Shown here in pieces: positions 25,189 to 26,772 of a stretch of 26,772 nucleotides of DNA. A program made the translations under genes and the position numbers. Source of the stretch: a virus. Taxonomy: Duplodnaviria; Caudoviricetes. The notes beneath the pieces were generated by a model. That model saw only the letters and a list, made by a program, of their open reading frames with translations. It made no database searches and was not told the origin of the DNA. Location of the stretch: positions 1 to 26,772 of the IMG/VR virus record IMGVR_UViG_3300025112_000152; one strand, written 5' to 3'. Numbering within the stretch: the stretch's first letter is position 1; each line of letters opens with the position of its first letter.

Positions 25189-26631
25189 ATGATGAAAATA
25201 GAGATAACAGAACAACAATTAGAAAATATTAACGGAACACTTCTAAATGAAAGTGGTATTAGAGATATTAATAAGTTAGCAGACAGGTACTCTAAGGCTG
25301 AGATATATTTCCATCAAGACTTAGACGGTGTGGTATCAGCCTTAGGAATGAAAAATTATCTTGAAAGTTATGGAATTGATGTTATAGGTTCACATGTGAT
25401 ACAATACGGGGATAAAGAATTTTCTGTTAAAAAACCAGACGCAAGTGGTGACGTAATGCCAGTTCTAGTTGATTTTGCACACGGAAAACCAAGTTTTAAA
25501 ATACATACAGACCACCATGACTCACAATCCGGTGTAGAAGACGAAACATCAACACAATTTAGAGGAGCACGTTCGAATGTAGAAACTATATCACAAACTA
25601 TAAGTCCGAGTGATATTTTTACTGATGAAGATATTATGATGATTAATACTGTAGATTCTGCAGACTACGCAAAACACGATATTGAACCAGAACAAGTTAT
25701 GAACTTGATTAGAGATTTTGAAAAAGGTGACCAACCATATGAAAAGAAATGGATGTTGGGGCTTCTAACCAATAAACTATTATTGGCTTATAAGAATAAA
25801 CCAGGATTCCTAGAAAATCTGGTAATGAACTCTACACCATCATTAATGAATATATACCAAAATATAATTTCATATGCAAAAGAAAAAGGATTTGCTTCAC
25901 CAGAAGAAATGGCACAGAACCAGGCCAAATACATTAAATCCCAAAAAGAAAGTAAAAACCTTACATTAGATGGTAATATTATTGTACAATATGGTGGTGG
26001 TGCATTATTTAAACCAGGTTCTTATGATAGATACACCCCATTTAAGATTTATCCCGAAGCGGATTTCTTAGTAATTGCGTGGCCAATGGGGTTAGTACAA
26101 GCTTCTTGTAACCCATTTAAGAAAGATAGAGCACTGAAAGGAGTTAATCTGGGAGATATAGCACAAGAAGTATTAAAAGAGATAGAACCACAACTTAAAG
26201 AACACATGATACCGATATCAGTTATTAAGAGAATCGGTGAAACAAAAGCGGAGTATGATAGTATAGGATTTAAAACTTCAGATTTATTTGCTCTATATAA
26301 AGACCACTTACAAAATATGCCATCAGAAGGTTCCCAATACTATGATATGGCAGTTAGTATTATAGATACCCCATGGGATAATTTAAGTGAAAAACAAAAA
26401 ACAGTTTTAGATAAAATAACGGTTCCAGCTTGGTACGTTATTCAGGCTAATAGTGGGGGTCATAAGTGTATAACAAATATTAGTGGTCTTAATTTCTTTA
26501 GTAGAGCCACCAGAAACCCAGAAGGTAGTTGGAAGAAAAAAGCAGACAGTAAACCTACACGATATGTAGAATTTGTAAAATGGGTTCAGAAAGAAATGGT
26601 GAGTAAAATTAAAGAAAAGATTAGTCAGTAA
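25189..26631 (+). CDS. DHH-superfamily phosphoesterase with an N-terminal ITExQ-type peptide
   Basis: FHQDLDGVVSA (motif I), LVDF (II), HTDHHD (III), VDSAD (IV) and a C-terminal SGGH. Confidence 0.75.
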   Translation: MMKIEITEQQLENINGTLLNESGIRDINKLADRYSKAEIYFHQDLDGVVSALGMKNYLESYGIDVIGSHVIQYGDKEFSVKKPDASGDVMPVLVDFAHGKPSFKIHTDHHDSQSGVEDETSTQFRGARSNVETISQTISPSDIFTDEDIMMINTVDSADYAKHDIEPEQVMNLIRDFEKGDQPYEKKWMLGLLTNKLLLAYKNKPGFLENLVMNSTPSLMNIYQNIISYAKEKGFASPEEMAQNQAKYIKSQKESKNLTLDGNIIVQYGGGALFKPGSYDRYTPFKIYPEADFLVIAWPMGLVQASCNPFKKDRALKGVNLGDIAQEVLKEIEPQLKEHMIPISVIKRIGETKAEYDSIGFKTSDLFALYKDHLQNMPSEGSQYYDMAVSIIDTPWDNLSEKQKTVLDKITVPAWYVIQANSGGHKCITNISGLNFFSRATRNPEGSWKKKADSKPTRYVEFVKWVQKEMVSKIKEKISQ

Positions 26632-26772
26632 ACTTTACCCTCTCTTCCTGTGACAGGTTATATTCTCCACTAGGTACCTCTAAAACTTTATTACCTATTC
26701 CATAATAAGATTTACATTTATTTTCATTACAAGGTGGACAATCTCGATGAACTTTAGTAACTTTATTATCGA
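26621..26772 (-). CDS. 3' end of a DUF192-like gene truncated by the window edge
   Basis: Minus-strand frame ...DNKVTKVHRDCPPCNENKCKSYYGIGNKVLEVPSGEYNLSQEERVKFTD*. The PPC...C..Y....VLE pattern is characteristic of DUF192. Confidence 0.65.
   Translation of the reverse strand, partial: DNKVTKVHRDCPPCNENKCKSYYGIGNKVLEVPSGEYNLSQEERVKFTD

Noticed and set aside
1-26772. Stop-codon reassignment, as in some Bacteroidota phages
   Set aside because: Coding density is near complete in the standard code, and TAA, TAG and TGA each end genes at positions tightly coupled to the next start.
1-26772. CRISPR array, tRNA, rRNA, IS element, intron or intein
   Set aside because: The largest non-coding gaps are only about 140 nt. 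No regularly spaced repeats, cloverleaf, transposase or intein/homing motifs were seen by eye.

Overview
A gene-dense, very AT-rich segment in the standard genetic code (TAA, TAG and TGA all act as stops). It reads as part of a large, probably jumbo, dsDNA phage. No capsid, terminase or portal gene lies in the window, so this assignment is an inference. It rests on the gene mix: split SbcD/SbcC, a short RpoD-type sigma factor, DnaJ, cyclophilin, a glutaredoxin-like protein, GH24 lysozyme, M23 peptidase, an amidase-like protein, DUF3310, a DUF4338/DruA-like protein, DegT aminotransferase with GT2, a 2OG-oxygenase/methyltransferase fusion, an Hc1 histone-like protein and many orphans. TTG-N20-TAnnTTT promoters and the lack of obvious Shine-Dalgarno motifs suggest a Bacteroidota host. 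The most notable patterns are these. (1) Three unrelated enzymes (M23 peptidase, lysozyme, DHH phosphoesterase) share an N-terminal M-x-I-x-[IL]-T-E-x-Q...L-[IL]-x-E peptide and an upstream TATTTAT box, which suggests a virion-cargo addressing system. (2) There are two promoter classes, one giving near-leaderless mRNAs. (3) SbcC/SbcD appears re-split. (4) The sigma gene has a structured leader containing a uORF. (5) A 23-codon cysteine-synthase-like relic is present. No tRNA, rRNA, CRISPR array or IS element was seen. All family calls come from motif recognition by eye, not from database searches.
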